A stretch of DNA of 64,000 bases from a bacterium (GCA_963674595.2 CAXXFV010000006.1:1-64000), one strand, 5' to 3'. Shown: positions 10,754 through 21,270, numbered from the stretch's first letter. The notes: a model not told the origin generated them from the letters alone. Numbers and translations: made by a program.

Positions 10754-12661
10754 TTAGTCATCATCAATATCATCATCATTTAAGCAGCGTTTGACTTTTG
10801 TAAGCAATTCATTGTATTTGTATGGTTTATGGATGAATCCTTTTACGCCACTTTTGGAAATTTCAGCTTCTTTAACACTTTGAAGGATGCCGCTTGATAA
10901 TATAACTTTAATATCAGGATTAAGCGCTTGCAGTTTCATAAACGTGCCGTATCCTCCAAGTTTAGGCATCAGCAGGTCCATAATGACCAGTTTTATTTTA
11001 TCCATTTTAGATTTATATATTTTCAGAGCTTCTTCTCCATTATCAGCGGTTATTATCTGGTAACCTCCTTTGGTGAGAATTTCGCTTGCCATATTTCTTA
11101 TTATTTCATCATCGTCAACGAGAAGTATAAATTCATTATTTCCCTGATATGGTTTGCTTATTTTATTTTCGATTAACATTGGAAGAAAAATCGTAAAAAT
11201 TGTTCCCTGATTTAGAGTGCTTTGTACTTCAATAAAACCATCGTGATTTTTAACAATACTATAAACAACAGAAAGTCCCAAACCTGAGCCTTTGCCTCCT
11301 TCTTTTGTTGTAAAAAAAGGTTCAAAGATGTTGTTTAAAATTTGCGGATTAATTCCTTCTCCGGTGTCACGAATTGAGAGTATGGCATATCCACCGGGTG
11401 TGGCTTTCGGATAGGTCGATAAATCTTCAGCAGATAACATCTTGAAGCCGGTTTCAATATAAAGTTTTCCCTTGCCGTTCATGGCGTCTCTGGCGTTGAT
11501 ACACAAATTAATAATTATCTGTTGCAGTTGATTTGCGTCTCCCAGAATGTTGGGTAATGAATTATCAAATATATTATTAATTTCAATATTCTTTGGAAAA
11601 GTGGGTTTTATAATTTGCAATGCTTTTTCAATAATGTTATTCAGGTTCACCGGCATTGCTTCGAGTTTTTCGCCTCTGGCAAAGGTTACAAGTTGTTCTA
11701 CTAGTTGAGTTCCATGGGTGGCATTGTTTTCGATTACATCAATATGCTGAAAAATGGGATGTTTCTCCGGCAAATTCATTTTAATCAATGCAATGCGCCC
11801 TACAATCGAGCAAAGAATATTATTAAAATCATGAGCAATACCACTGGCGAGGGTATTGATACTTTCCATTTTTTGTGTTTGAATTATCTGTTCCTGAAGT
11901 TTTTTTCGATCTGTTATGTTGAAAATATAGCCCCGCAGGCTTTGTAAAGTCCCCATGGCGTCAAATGTTGCAAGCACATTTTCTATTACTGAAACGGGTT
12001 TTTTGTCTATCGTAAAAAGATCATGTTCATACATTATAAATGAGTCATTTTGTTCAAGCTTTTGTAAATATTTCTTAAAGTCATTTTCATCCGGAAATAA
12101 TTCACATAAATTGTGCTCTAATGCTTGTTCTTTATTGCTGAAACCAAAAATTTGTACAAAAGCCAGGTTACAGTCGATAATTGTGCCGTCCTTTAAAGCT
12201 ATAAAATCTCCGGTTAAATCATTTTCGAAAAACTCTCTATATCGTTTTTCACTTTCCCTGAGTTTGCTTTCCATTTTACTTTTATACAATGCCATTTCGA
12301 TGGTTGCGTGCAGCTCACGCTCTTCGAAAGGTTTCACCAGATAAGCCAGCGGTTCTGTTAATTTGGCTTTTTCCAGGGTGTTTTTATCTGTGTGTGCTGT
12401 TAAATAAACAATCCCTGTGTTATAATGGTCTTTTATGTATTGTGCCGCTTCAATTCCGGTCATTTCACCATTTAATATAATATCCATCAGCACCAGATCA
12501 GGTTGGTGTTCCTGAACAATTTTAATGGCTTCTTCACCGGAAAGACCGGTTACCGGGACGTCATATCCAAATGATTTCAGTTTTTCTGCTATATCATAGG
12601 CTACAAGTATTTCATCTTCGATGATAGCTATTTTGATTTTTTCACTTTTCATAACTGACAT
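10754..12661 (-). CDS. Hybrid histidine kinase (REC-PAS-HisKA-HATPase-REC)
   Basis: GIAHDFNNIL H-box, NLCINARDAM, FEPFFTTK, GSGLGL; receiver domains at both ends. Confidence 0.93.
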   Translation of the reverse strand: MSVMKSEKIKIAIIEDEILVAYDIAEKLKSFGYDVPVTGLSGEEAIKIVQEHQPDLVLMDIILNGEMTGIEAAQYIKDHYNTGIVYLTAHTDKNTLEKAKLTEPLAYLVKPFEERELHATIEMALYKSKMESKLRESEKRYREFFENDLTGDFIALKDGTIIDCNLAFVQIFGFSNKEQALEHNLCELFPDENDFKKYLQKLEQNDSFIMYEHDLFTIDKKPVSVIENVLATFDAMGTLQSLRGYIFNITDRKKLQEQIIQTQKMESINTLASGIAHDFNNILCSIVGRIALIKMNLPEKHPIFQHIDVIENNATHGTQLVEQLVTFARGEKLEAMPVNLNNIIEKALQIIKPTFPKNIEINNIFDNSLPNILGDANQLQQIIINLCINARDAMNGKGKLYIETGFKMLSAEDLSTYPKATPGGYAILSIRDTGEGINPQILNNIFEPFFTTKEGGKGSGLGLSVVYSIVKNHDGFIEVQSTLNQGTIFTIFLPMLIENKISKPYQGNNEFILLVDDDEIIRNMASEILTKGGYQIITADNGEEALKIYKSKMDKIKLVIMDLLMPKLGGYGTFMKLQALNPDIKVILSSGILQSVKEAEISKSGVKGFIHKPYKYNELLTKVKRCLNDDDIDDD

Positions 12662-12743
12662 CCTTTATTTTATTCTCCATTATTAAGGTATGGAAGATTT
12701 TTTAAAATGGAAAGAGTTAAAAAAAGTTTTGTACCATAAAAAT

Positions 12744-15700
12744 TTAATTAGGTTTAAAAGGAATGGATATATGAAAAGATGTTCCATTTTCAGTTTTACG
12801 CTCGCTAATTGCATCTATTTGTTCACAAAGCGCTTCTATTAAAAATAAACCTAGCGTTTTTGTTTTATCTACTTCGAGGTTCTCTGGAAATCCAACACCA
12901 TTATCTCTAACAAAAATTTCACACCTTTTATGCATTTTGTTTAATCCAATGGTAATACACCCCTTATTTGTAGAAGGGAACGCATGTTTAATAGCGTTTG
13001 AAACCAGTTCGTTTACTATTAATCCACATGGAATTGCGGTATTAATTGAAAGTGAAATCGGTTCAAGTTGAAATTTAAAACTAATACTTTTAGTATCCAC
13101 ATGATAGGTACTCATCAGGGTTTTAACCAAACCTTTAATATATTCATCAAACTTTATTACGGCCAGGTTTTCACTTTGATAAAGCCTTTCATGTATCATT
13201 GACATAGACTTTATACGATTTTGACTGTCAATAAAACCTTCTAACGCTTTTTCATCTTTAATATGTTGTGATTGTAAAAACAGTAAACTGCTTATAATTT
13301 GCAGGTTGTTTTTTACGCGATGATGAATCTCTTTTAGTAATATTTCTTTTTCTGTTAAAGAGTTTTGAATTTTTTCTTCAACAAGTTTTCTTTCTGTTAT
13401 GTCTCTGGCGATAAATAAAAGACCTTTGATTTCATTATTTTGCTTAATTTGTGAGGCATTTACCTCAATTGGTATTTTTTGCCCTTGTTTGTTGATGAAT
13501 TCCGTTTGAAAGAGATGTGGTTTAAAATTTCCATGACCATTATCATCAAAACCTTGTGTTACCATTTTAACCACTTTATCGCGATTTTCTGGTGTGATTA
13601 GATTGATAACGTCCATATTTTTGATTTCTTCAGGCGTATATTGTGTTAAAGAAACACCTGCTTCGTTTATATAACTTTCATTATTTTCCATGTCATAAAG
13701 TAAAATAACATCGGTGGCCGTTTCAGCAAGTATACGATATTTTTCTTCACTTTTATATAAGGCCTTTTCTGTTTTTCTATGATGTTCAATTTGTTTTTCA
13801 AGCTTGTTATTAATTCGTTTTAAATCCGATGTTCTGTCTTTTACTTTTATTTCAAGTTCGTCATTGGCTTTTTTCAAATCTGCTTTGGCCTGTTCTTTTT
13901 CATGTATTTGGTAATCAAGCTCCATATTCATCATTTCAAGATATTTGTTTCTTTTTTTCGTTCTTAAAAAACATATTTTATGGGTTGTCAGCAGAACAGA
14001 AAATATTATTAGTATAACCAGGGCGCGAAACCAAAAGGTTTGCCAAAATGGAGGGGGGATAATTATGTTGAGAGTTATACCCTCTTCATTCCATTGACCA
14101 TTTCCATTTGCTCCTTTTATATGTAATGTATATTGCCCTGGTTTAACGTGGGCGTAAGATGCCCAATTTTGAGTCCCCACATAGTTCCAGTCTTTTTCCA
14201 GTCCTTCAAGATAATAAGCATATTCGTTATTTTGAGGGGAGAAAAAGTCCAAAACTGTAAAATATATTGTAAACATATTGTCTTTATAGGAAAGTTGTAA
14301 ATTTTTTAATTCGGAGATAGATTGATTAAGAACAATTCTGTCTTTATAGGTTTCATGAGGATAAATTTTATTATTATAAATTTTCAAGCCTGTTAAACAC
14401 ATCACAGGTTTTTGCTGATTAAACGAATCATCATTTGGGAAAAAATAGTTTAAACCGTTTGTACCTCCAAAAAATAGTTCACCGGTACTTGCTTTCATAT
14501 ATGAACCGGAATTAAATTCGTGCCCTTGTAATCCATGTATCTTTTTAAAATGTTTAAAGAGATTATTTTGTTGATCGAAACGAATAATTCCATCGTCTGT
14601 GCTTAGCCATAAATTATAGTTTTCATCTTCAAGAATGCCGTATATTGTGTTGTTCATCAAACCATCTTTGTCGTTGTAGGTTATAAAACGGTCTTGATCT
14701 CTCAAATAGCAACATAAACCGTAATGATGTGTGCCGATCCAAATATTTCCTTTATGGTCTTCACATAATGATAGTATGGAGTTACTGGGGATAGAATTTT
14801 TATCATTTTTATTATTAACAAACTGTCGAACTGCTTTTGTTTGCGGATCATATTCAAAGAGACCTTTTTCATATACAGCTATCCATAATTTACCAAATTT
14901 GTCCTCAATGATTTTAAATATATTCAGATTTTTATATTCTGTTAAATGTGATTCAAAACAATCATTCTTTTTATCATATCTATGTAGATGAACATATGTA
15001 CCAACCCATAGTTCGCCTGATTTTGTCTGAATAATGCTTCGAATTCTGTCGGTGCTTAATCGTGTCGTATCATCTTGATTAGCTGTGTAATGATAAAATT
15101 TATTATTACTAATATCAAAACGGTCCAGACCGGAATGATATGTACCTATCCATAACGTATTGGGATTTGTGGCACACAGAGAAAGTATGTTGTTTGAAGA
15201 AATTGAATTTGGGTTTGATGGATCATTTGTAAAATATGTTATTTTATTTTTTTGACGGTCTAGTTTATTTAGTCCACCTCCAAACGTACCAATCCAAAAT
15301 ATATCATCTGATGTTTGTTCTATGCTATTAACACGGTTATGGTTTAATGAAAGTTTTTTGTTTGGATCTTTGTTTAATAACTGAAATTGTTTAGGTCTGG
15401 TAGATAAATAAGAAAAACCGTTACCTGTGCAAAACCACATGTCACCGATTTTATCTTTAAATATCATAATTATTCTATAATCAAGCTGGGTGTTATCATC
15501 ATTGTAATTTATTAATGTTTCTTTTTCCATATCATATATGAACAAACCACTTCTTGAACCTATCCATAATCTGTTGTTTTTATCGGCATAGGTATAATAA
15601 ACTATAAAAGGATCAGATTGTTTGTTATAATTTTGAGGTAATATTCTTTTTACTTTCATGGATAACGGGTCAATTTTCAAGAGTCCATTATAATATGTTG

Positions 15701-16421
15701 AAATCCACAAATTATGGTTTTTATCTTCCATTATACAGTAGGTTCTTTTTATACTATATTTATCATTATCGCTAAAGTAGAGTTCACATTTATTATTTTT
15801 AATATTTATCTTGTTTAAACCTAAATTAGTACCGATCCACATGTTTTCAAAAGAATCCTGAAATATATAATCAATTCTATTGCCCTGAATATAAATACTA
15901 TCATTTTTAGCAGAAGGAATGCGGGAGAAATTATCCGATTTGGGGTTATAAATGTTTAACCCATTTGCCGTGCCAATCCAAATTTGGTTATTTTTGTCAA
16001 GATAAATTGAATTAATCCTGTTATTACTGATTGTTGTATTTTCAGAAGAGTTTTGGTATCGTTTAAAGGTATGCCGGTACGGATCGAATTTATTTAAACC
16101 ACCCCAATATGTTCCAATCCAAATATGTCCATTATGATCGAGCATTAATGCCCGGATCGCCTGATCACTTAACCCAAGAGAATCAATGGTTGTATTTTGA
16201 AATTTAACTATTTGGTTTCCATCATATTTATTTAAACCATTTTCTGTTCCAAACCATAAAAAGCCGCTGCTATCCTGTATACCACAGTTTACATAATTAT
16301 TTGATAATCCCTGTTCCATGGTATAGTGACTAAAATCAAGGATTTCCGCCTTTAATGGATTTGGATAATATGATAGAAGAGAAATTAAAAAAACGGTAAT
16401 TTTAATTGATTTTTTAAGCAT
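12744..16421 (-). CDS. Membrane sensor kinase: two-component regulator beta-propellers + Y_Y_Y + TM + PAS + HisKA_2/HATPase
   Basis: Repeated W(I/F)GT..GL blades, YAYYLEG..DW, PPFWQTFWF TM, LLKEIHHRVKNNLQ H-box. Confidence 0.92.
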   Translation of the reverse strand: MLKKSIKITVFLISLLSYYPNPLKAEILDFSHYTMEQGLSNNYVNCGIQDSSGFLWFGTENGLNKYDGNQIVKFQNTTIDSLGLSDQAIRALMLDHNGHIWIGTYWGGLNKFDPYRHTFKRYQNSSENTTISNNRINSIYLDKNNQIWIGTANGLNIYNPKSDNFSRIPSAKNDSIYIQGNRIDYIFQDSFENMWIGTNLGLNKINIKNNKCELYFSDNDKYSIKRTYCIMEDKNHNLWISTYYNGLLKIDPLSMKVKRILPQNYNKQSDPFIVYYTYADKNNRLWIGSRSGLFIYDMEKETLINYNDDNTQLDYRIIMIFKDKIGDMWFCTGNGFSYLSTRPKQFQLLNKDPNKKLSLNHNRVNSIEQTSDDIFWIGTFGGGLNKLDRQKNKITYFTNDPSNPNSISSNNILSLCATNPNTLWIGTYHSGLDRFDISNNKFYHYTANQDDTTRLSTDRIRSIIQTKSGELWVGTYVHLHRYDKKNDCFESHLTEYKNLNIFKIIEDKFGKLWIAVYEKGLFEYDPQTKAVRQFVNNKNDKNSIPSNSILSLCEDHKGNIWIGTHHYGLCCYLRDQDRFITYNDKDGLMNNTIYGILEDENYNLWLSTDDGIIRFDQQNNLFKHFKKIHGLQGHEFNSGSYMKASTGELFFGGTNGLNYFFPNDDSFNQQKPVMCLTGLKIYNNKIYPHETYKDRIVLNQSISELKNLQLSYKDNMFTIYFTVLDFFSPQNNEYAYYLEGLEKDWNYVGTQNWASYAHVKPGQYTLHIKGANGNGQWNEEGITLNIIIPPPFWQTFWFRALVILIIFSVLLTTHKICFLRTKKRNKYLEMMNMELDYQIHEKEQAKADLKKANDELEIKVKDRTSDLKRINNKLEKQIEHHRKTEKALYKSEEKYRILAETATDVILLYDMENNESYINEAGVSLTQYTPEEIKNMDVINLITPENRDKVVKMVTQGFDDNGHGNFKPHLFQTEFINKQGQKIPIEVNASQIKQNNEIKGLLFIARDITERKLVEEKIQNSLTEKEILLKEIHHRVKNNLQIISSLLFLQSQHIKDEKALEGFIDSQNRIKSMSMIHERLYQSENLAVIKFDEYIKGLVKTLMSTYHVDTKSISFKFQLEPISLSINTAIPCGLIVNELVSNAIKHAFPSTNKGCITIGLNKMHKRCEIFVRDNGVGFPENLEVDKTKTLGLFLIEALCEQIDAISERKTENGTSFHISIPFKPN

Positions 16422-16615
16422 TTGATATATATGTGGAGATAAGGTTATAGTTAAAATCTTTTCATTATTCCGTTTATTATGTCAGCAAAAGTTATGCCGA
16501 GTCGTTCTAATAATTTAGATGTCTTTATCTTGATATTTTTAAATGTGTTGCCAGGTTTTTAGCCATGCGATTTTTCCTGTTTATTGTTCACGATATTAGT
16601 AATAGTTACCAAGTA

Positions 16616-18460
16616 TTAACTTTTGTTTTTTGGTATTGTGACAGAAACCAGCGTGCCTTTATTTGCTTTTCCTGAAATATCCAACGTTCCCCCACAACTG
16701 CGAACACGTTCTCGCATTCCAATCAATCCTAATGAATCTGAGGCAAAAATTTTATTTGTTTCTATGCCGATTCCATTGTCCTGAATTTCGAGGAATATTT
16801 TATTATTATCTTCATACAGGTGGATAACGACTTTGGTTGCTTTTGAATGTCTGAGAATATTTGTCATTGATTCTTGAAATATTCTGAACAGAATGATTGC
16901 CCTATCCTGTGATATATGAATGCTTTTTGAATCGATAAGCAAGCTTATTTTAAGGTCTGTTCGGTTTTCTAGTTCTTCAACTTGCCATTCTATTGCAGCA
17001 ACAAGACCAAGGTCATCAAGGATAATTGGACGTAGTTCGTATGCGATTTGCTGAACGGTTTTAATCGTTTCATCAATTAATGTTTTTACAGATTTTAGCT
17101 TGTTTTTAATTTCAGAGTCTTGTTGGGCCAGTTTTATATTGAGCCACGAAATATCCATTTTAAGCGCTGTGAGGTTTTGACCCAATTCATCATGAATTTC
17201 GCGGGCTATACGAATACTTTCTTCTTCCTTAACCGCCTGTAAATGGGTTGACAGATTTCGCAACTCCATCTGGGATATTCTTAACTTGTCTTCAGCATTT
17301 TTAATCAGAGTAATATCATCAATCATAAGGATGATATACTGAACTTGTTTAAGGTCTTTTTTTACGACCGAACATGCTGTTTTGGACCAAATAATATTTT
17401 TTTGTTTTGAATAGTACCGGACCTGTAGTTCGATAGTTGTTTCTTTACCAGCTTGAAGTTTTTTTATTCCGTTTTTATAATTTACAAGATCATCGGGATG
17501 TACAAGGTCAAAAATACTTTTATTGGCAAAATCTTGGGCAGTAAAACCGGTCATATCTTCAAATGAGCTGTTAAGGGCACCGATTGAAAGGTCTGCGTCA
17601 AGTACGATGATGCCGACACTGACAGATTGAAAGATGGTTCGGAAACGTAATTCACTTTCCTTAAGGGCATTTTCAATTTGTTTTTGTTTTGTAATATCCC
17701 TTGATATGCTGCCAAGCATAAATCCTTTTTCAGTCTCAATCGGGAAAAAGACGGCTTGTATAATACGCTTTGATGAATTTTTATCAATAATATCATATTC
17801 ACGTGGTTCTTTGATCCAGGGACCTGTTCCGGTTTTTAATCCAACAGAAAATGTTTTTTTGAAATAGTCATACGTATCGCTAAGAGGACCAATTGTAGGG
17901 CATATTTTTGAAAATTTTTCCCAAGCTTTTGCGCCCATGACATCTGAACGTGCCATCCCTGTTATGCGTTCCTGCCCCGGGCTCCATTCAATTATGTCAC
18001 CTTCTTCGTTCATTAAAACAATGCCATCTACTGATTCCTCGACAATTTGACGCAGTTTTTTTTCATTCCAGGCCAGTTGATTTTCAATTTTACTTTTATA
18101 TAAAGCCATTTGAATAGCTATATGTAACTCTCTGCCTTCAAAGGGTTTAACTATATAACCAAACGGCTCTATAAGTTTTGCTCTTTTTAGAGTTTCATCA
18201 TCAGAATAAGCGGTTAAAAAGATTATAGGTTTATTAAATCGAGTGCGGATTATTTTCCCTGTTTCTATACCGTCAGGTTTCCCCTTTATAACAATATCCA
18301 TAATAACAATATCAGGTTGGTGCTGTTCAATACTTCTTAACGCAGCATCACCAGATTCTACCATATCACATATTGAATAGCCATAATCCTGTAGTTTAAA
18401 TTTAATATCACTGGCGATAATTGCGCTGTCTTCAACTACAAGAATTTTAACCGTGGCCAT
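16616..18460 (-). CDS. REC-PAS-PAS-HisKA_3 (NarX/UhpB-type) histidine kinase
   Basis: IAREIHDELGQ, LRPIILDDLGL, QESMTNILRHS, GLIGMRER. Confidence 0.92.
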   Translation of the reverse strand: MATVKILVVEDSAIIASDIKFKLQDYGYSICDMVESGDAALRSIEQHQPDIVIMDIVIKGKPDGIETGKIIRTRFNKPIIFLTAYSDDETLKRAKLIEPFGYIVKPFEGRELHIAIQMALYKSKIENQLAWNEKKLRQIVEESVDGIVLMNEEGDIIEWSPGQERITGMARSDVMGAKAWEKFSKICPTIGPLSDTYDYFKKTFSVGLKTGTGPWIKEPREYDIIDKNSSKRIIQAVFFPIETEKGFMLGSISRDITKQKQIENALKESELRFRTIFQSVSVGIIVLDADLSIGALNSSFEDMTGFTAQDFANKSIFDLVHPDDLVNYKNGIKKLQAGKETTIELQVRYYSKQKNIIWSKTACSVVKKDLKQVQYIILMIDDITLIKNAEDKLRISQMELRNLSTHLQAVKEEESIRIAREIHDELGQNLTALKMDISWLNIKLAQQDSEIKNKLKSVKTLIDETIKTVQQIAYELRPIILDDLGLVAAIEWQVEELENRTDLKISLLIDSKSIHISQDRAIILFRIFQESMTNILRHSKATKVVIHLYEDNNKIFLEIQDNGIGIETNKIFASDSLGLIGMRERVRSCGGTLDISGKANKGTLVSVTIPKNKS

Positions 18461-18593
18461 GTATGGATCCCATTTTTTTACATTTTTATTTAACCGACTA
18501 GATAATGTATTTTATGAAATTATTAACTAAAAGCAAGTGTTTTCTTTAGCAAAAAGTTTTATTGCAAAATCTGTTGTATTTATGAAAAAAAAC

Positions 18594-18630
18594 TTGATTA
18601 TTGCTATTAAAATCCTATATTCCATATATT
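18594..18630 (+). promoter_or_regulatory. Candidate sigma70 promoter of the aro operon leader
   Basis: TTGATT (18594) or TTGCTA (18601) with TATATT at 18616 or 18625. The region is AT-rich, so the placement is ambiguous. Confidence 0.4.
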
Positions 18631-18669
18631 AATATTATAACAAAAGATTAAGGAAATTTTTTAGATACA

Positions 18670-18732
18670 ATGAATTACTATTTTGCAAAATATTACTTTT
18701 TTTATTTTAGCTGGAGCAAAGGGATGGATTAG
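18670..18732 (+). CDS. Aromatic amino acid attenuator leader peptide MNYYFAKYYFFYFSWSKGMD
   Basis: Direct translation; 10 of 20 codons aromatic (5 Tyr, 4 Phe, 1 Trp); ends 100 nt upstream of the aro operon and overlaps the attenuator hairpins. Confidence 0.9.
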   Translation: MNYYFAKYYFFYFSWSKGMD

Positions 18733-18807
18733 CTGATCCTCAAAATATTTTAAATAAAGCTGATCTAACCCCGTTGCCTCTTTTATCGTCGTAACGGGTT
18801 TTTTTTT
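18721..18807 (+). promoter_or_regulatory. Transcription attenuator (antiterminator plus terminator)
   Basis: GGGATGGATTAGCT (18721-18734) pairs with AGCTGATCTAACCC (18758-18771). The latter overlaps the 5' arm of terminator CCCGTTGC...GTAACGGG-T9 (18770-18807). Confidence 0.88.
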
Positions 18808-18831
18808 GATTACATTTAATGGAGGTCATTC

Positions 18832-19095
18832 GTGGAGCTTACAAAGCTGCGGGAAGGAATAGATATTATTGATCAAAATATTTTACGGATGCTCAATGAA
18901 CGGGCAGAACTGGCAGAAAAAATAGGTATTGAAAAAAAGAAACAAAACCTGCCAATAACTAATGAAAACAGAGAGCAGCAGGTGATACAAAAATTAATTA
19001 AATTAAATAACGGTCCGTTGTCAGATGAAGCCATTGAAAGAATTTTTAACGAAATTATTTTTTGCTGTCGAACTCTTCAAAAAGATATATCATAG
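18832..19095 (+). CDS. Monofunctional chorismate mutase (AroQ-class, CM_2)
   Basis: LREGIDIIDQNILRMLNERAEL..IG..K, NENRE; GTG start with GGAGG SD. Confidence 0.9.
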   Translation: MELTKLREGIDIIDQNILRMLNERAELAEKIGIEKKKQNLPITNENREQQVIQKLIKLNNGPLSDEAIERIFNEIIFCCRTLQKDIS

Positions 19096-19132
19096 AGTTT
19101 ATAATTAATAACTTTTTATTTAGGAGCAAGTT

Positions 19133-20146
19133 TTGGTCATTGTTATGAAGGAAAACGCTACGGGTCAAATGATTGATTCTGTAGCTGAAAAGTTGGAAAA
19201 ATTTGGATTTGATATCCATAAAGTCGTAGGGGTCAATCGTACTATTTTAGGCGCAATAGGCGATAAGCGTGGTATTGATCTTCGGGAATTTGAAGTGATG
19301 GAGGGAGTGCATGAGGTACTTCGAATTACCGAACCCTACAAGCTAGCCAGCAGGACTTTTCATCCTGAAAATACTGTTATAGATGTTAAAGATGCAAGTT
19401 TTGGCGGTGAACGTATCAGTGTAATGGCCGGTCCCTGTTCTATAGAAAGTGAAGAACAGCTTTTTACTATAGCCCGGGAAGTTAAAAAATCCGGGGCAAC
19501 TGTTTTAAGAGGCGGGGCTTTTAAACCAAGAACTTCTCCTTATGCTTTTCAGGGTCTTGGTAAGGAAGGACTGCAAATTTTACAGGCTGCCGGAAACGAA
19601 TTGCAAATGGCAACAATTTCTGAAATTATGGAAATCAGCCAGTTGGATCTGATGGTAGAATATTCCGACATTTTGCAAATCGGCGCAAGGAATATGCAAA
19701 ATTTTTCATTACTTCGGGAAATAGGCCGTGTTAAGAAGCCTATTTTATTAAAGCGTGGAATGGCTGCTACAATAGAAGAATTGTTGATGGCGGCTGAATA
19801 TATTATGGCAGGTGGTAACTATAATGTTATTTTATGTGAACGTGGCATTCGCACGTTTGAAAATTATACACGAAATACCATGGACATTTCTGCTATTCCT
19901 GTAACCAAAAAACTTAGCCATTTACCCATTATTGCCGACCCGAGCCACGGAACAGGACGGCGCGATAAGGTTGGTCCGATGGCCAGAGCTGCAATTGCCG
20001 CCGGTGGTGACGGTCTTGCTATTGAAGTGCATCATGATCCTGATAAAGCCTTGTCTGATGGCGCCCAGTCATTATATCCAAATCAGTTTATGCGATTGAT
20101 GGAAGAAGTAAGAATGATTGCCTGGGCCATTGGACGTAAAGTGTGA
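19133..20146 (+). CDS. aroF: DAHP synthase type I-beta with N-terminal regulatory domain
   Basis: AGPCSIE, GGAFKPRTSPY, QIGARNMQNF, ADPSHGTG. Confidence 0.95.
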   Translation: MVIVMKENATGQMIDSVAEKLEKFGFDIHKVVGVNRTILGAIGDKRGIDLREFEVMEGVHEVLRITEPYKLASRTFHPENTVIDVKDASFGGERISVMAGPCSIESEEQLFTIAREVKKSGATVLRGGAFKPRTSPYAFQGLGKEGLQILQAAGNELQMATISEIMEISQLDLMVEYSDILQIGARNMQNFSLLREIGRVKKPILLKRGMAATIEELLMAAEYIMAGGNYNVILCERGIRTFENYTRNTMDISAIPVTKKLSHLPIIADPSHGTGRRDKVGPMARAAIAAGGDGLAIEVHHDPDKALSDGAQSLYPNQFMRLMEEVRMIAWAIGRKV

Positions 20147-20159
20147 AAGTGAGTTATAT

Positions 20160-21269
20160 ATGGGCGAAAGTGACCGTTTTAAAAGAATTGCAATTATCGG
20201 TGTCGGACTTATAGGAGGTTCGCTGGGACTTGCCTTAAAAAGAAAAGGGCTGCAGGGAACAATTATCGGTGTCGATTCTCAGGATGTTTTGGAAAAAGCA
20301 AAAAAAAGTAAAATAGTCGATGAATGTTATACAAAAGATAAATTAAAAGAAGCCGTTTCCAATGCTGATTTGATTTTTATATGTTCACCTATCGATGAAA
20401 TTGTTAAATTGATACAAACGATTGGCAAGTATGTAAAACCCAATACACTGGTTACGGATGTCGGCAGTACCAAAAGAAAAATCGTTGAAGCGGCAAATAT
20501 TCATTTACCGGCTGATTGTGACTTTATTGGCGGACACCCGATGGCGGGATCCGAGTTTCGGGGCGTAGAGGCTGCTGATCCGTTTTTGTTTGAAAATACA
20601 ACCTATGTGTTGACACCCAGCAGACCTGTTAGTGAAAGCACGCGCAAAGCGATTGGTGAACTTTTGGAACGAATCGGCGCCAAAGTGTTGCTGCTTTTAC
20701 CGCGTTTACACGATGAAATTGCGGCTGCTGTCAGCCATCTTCCACAGATGGCGGCGGTAGCAATGATGAATTTGGTGGCAGGCAAACAATCTGAAAGTCC
20801 CCATTTTTTAAAAATGGCGGCCGGTGGATTCAGGGATATGACACGTATCGCTTCAAGTCCATTTGTAATTTGGGAAGACATTCGTAATACGAATGCGGAT
20901 ATGATTTCAGAGTACATTGACTTGTATATTGACGAACTGAAAAAAGTTAAATCTATCCTGGATGGAAAAGAATTAGAGTCTTACTTTAAAGATTCTGCAA
21001 GGAACCGGTTATCCATTCCAAAAGACACAAAAGGTTTTTTAAGACCACAATATGATATTTCCATTGCCGTTGTTGACACACCTGGAATTATAGCAAAAAT
21101 TGCCACTATTCTTGCAAACCATAATATAAATATTAAAGATATTGAAGTCCTTAAAATAAGAGAAGATGAAGGAGGTACAATTCGGTTATCATTTTCAAGT
21201 GAACATGATCGCGAAACAGCTATTGAATTATTGCAAAAAAATCAATTTGAATGCAGAAAGCGAGACTGA
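20160..21269 (+). CDS. tyrA: Prephenate dehydrogenase with C-terminal ACT domain
   Basis: GVGLIGGS, TDVGSTK, GGHPMAGSE, VSHLP, GGFRDMTRIASS; ACT-like DTPGIIA...INIKDI. Confidence 0.93.
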   Translation: MGESDRFKRIAIIGVGLIGGSLGLALKRKGLQGTIIGVDSQDVLEKAKKSKIVDECYTKDKLKEAVSNADLIFICSPIDEIVKLIQTIGKYVKPNTLVTDVGSTKRKIVEAANIHLPADCDFIGGHPMAGSEFRGVEAADPFLFENTTYVLTPSRPVSESTRKAIGELLERIGAKVLLLLPRLHDEIAAAVSHLPQMAAVAMMNLVAGKQSESPHFLKMAAGGFRDMTRIASSPFVIWEDIRNTNADMISEYIDLYIDELKKVKSILDGKELESYFKDSARNRLSIPKDTKGFLRPQYDISIAVVDTPGIIAKIATILANHNINIKDIEVLKIREDEGGTIRLSFSSEHDRETAIELLQKNQFECRKRD

Positions 21270-21270
21270 A

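Noticed and set aside
14400-16330. Periodic sequence similarity inside the large sensor kinase
   Set aside because: Explained by beta-propeller blade repeats at the protein level.
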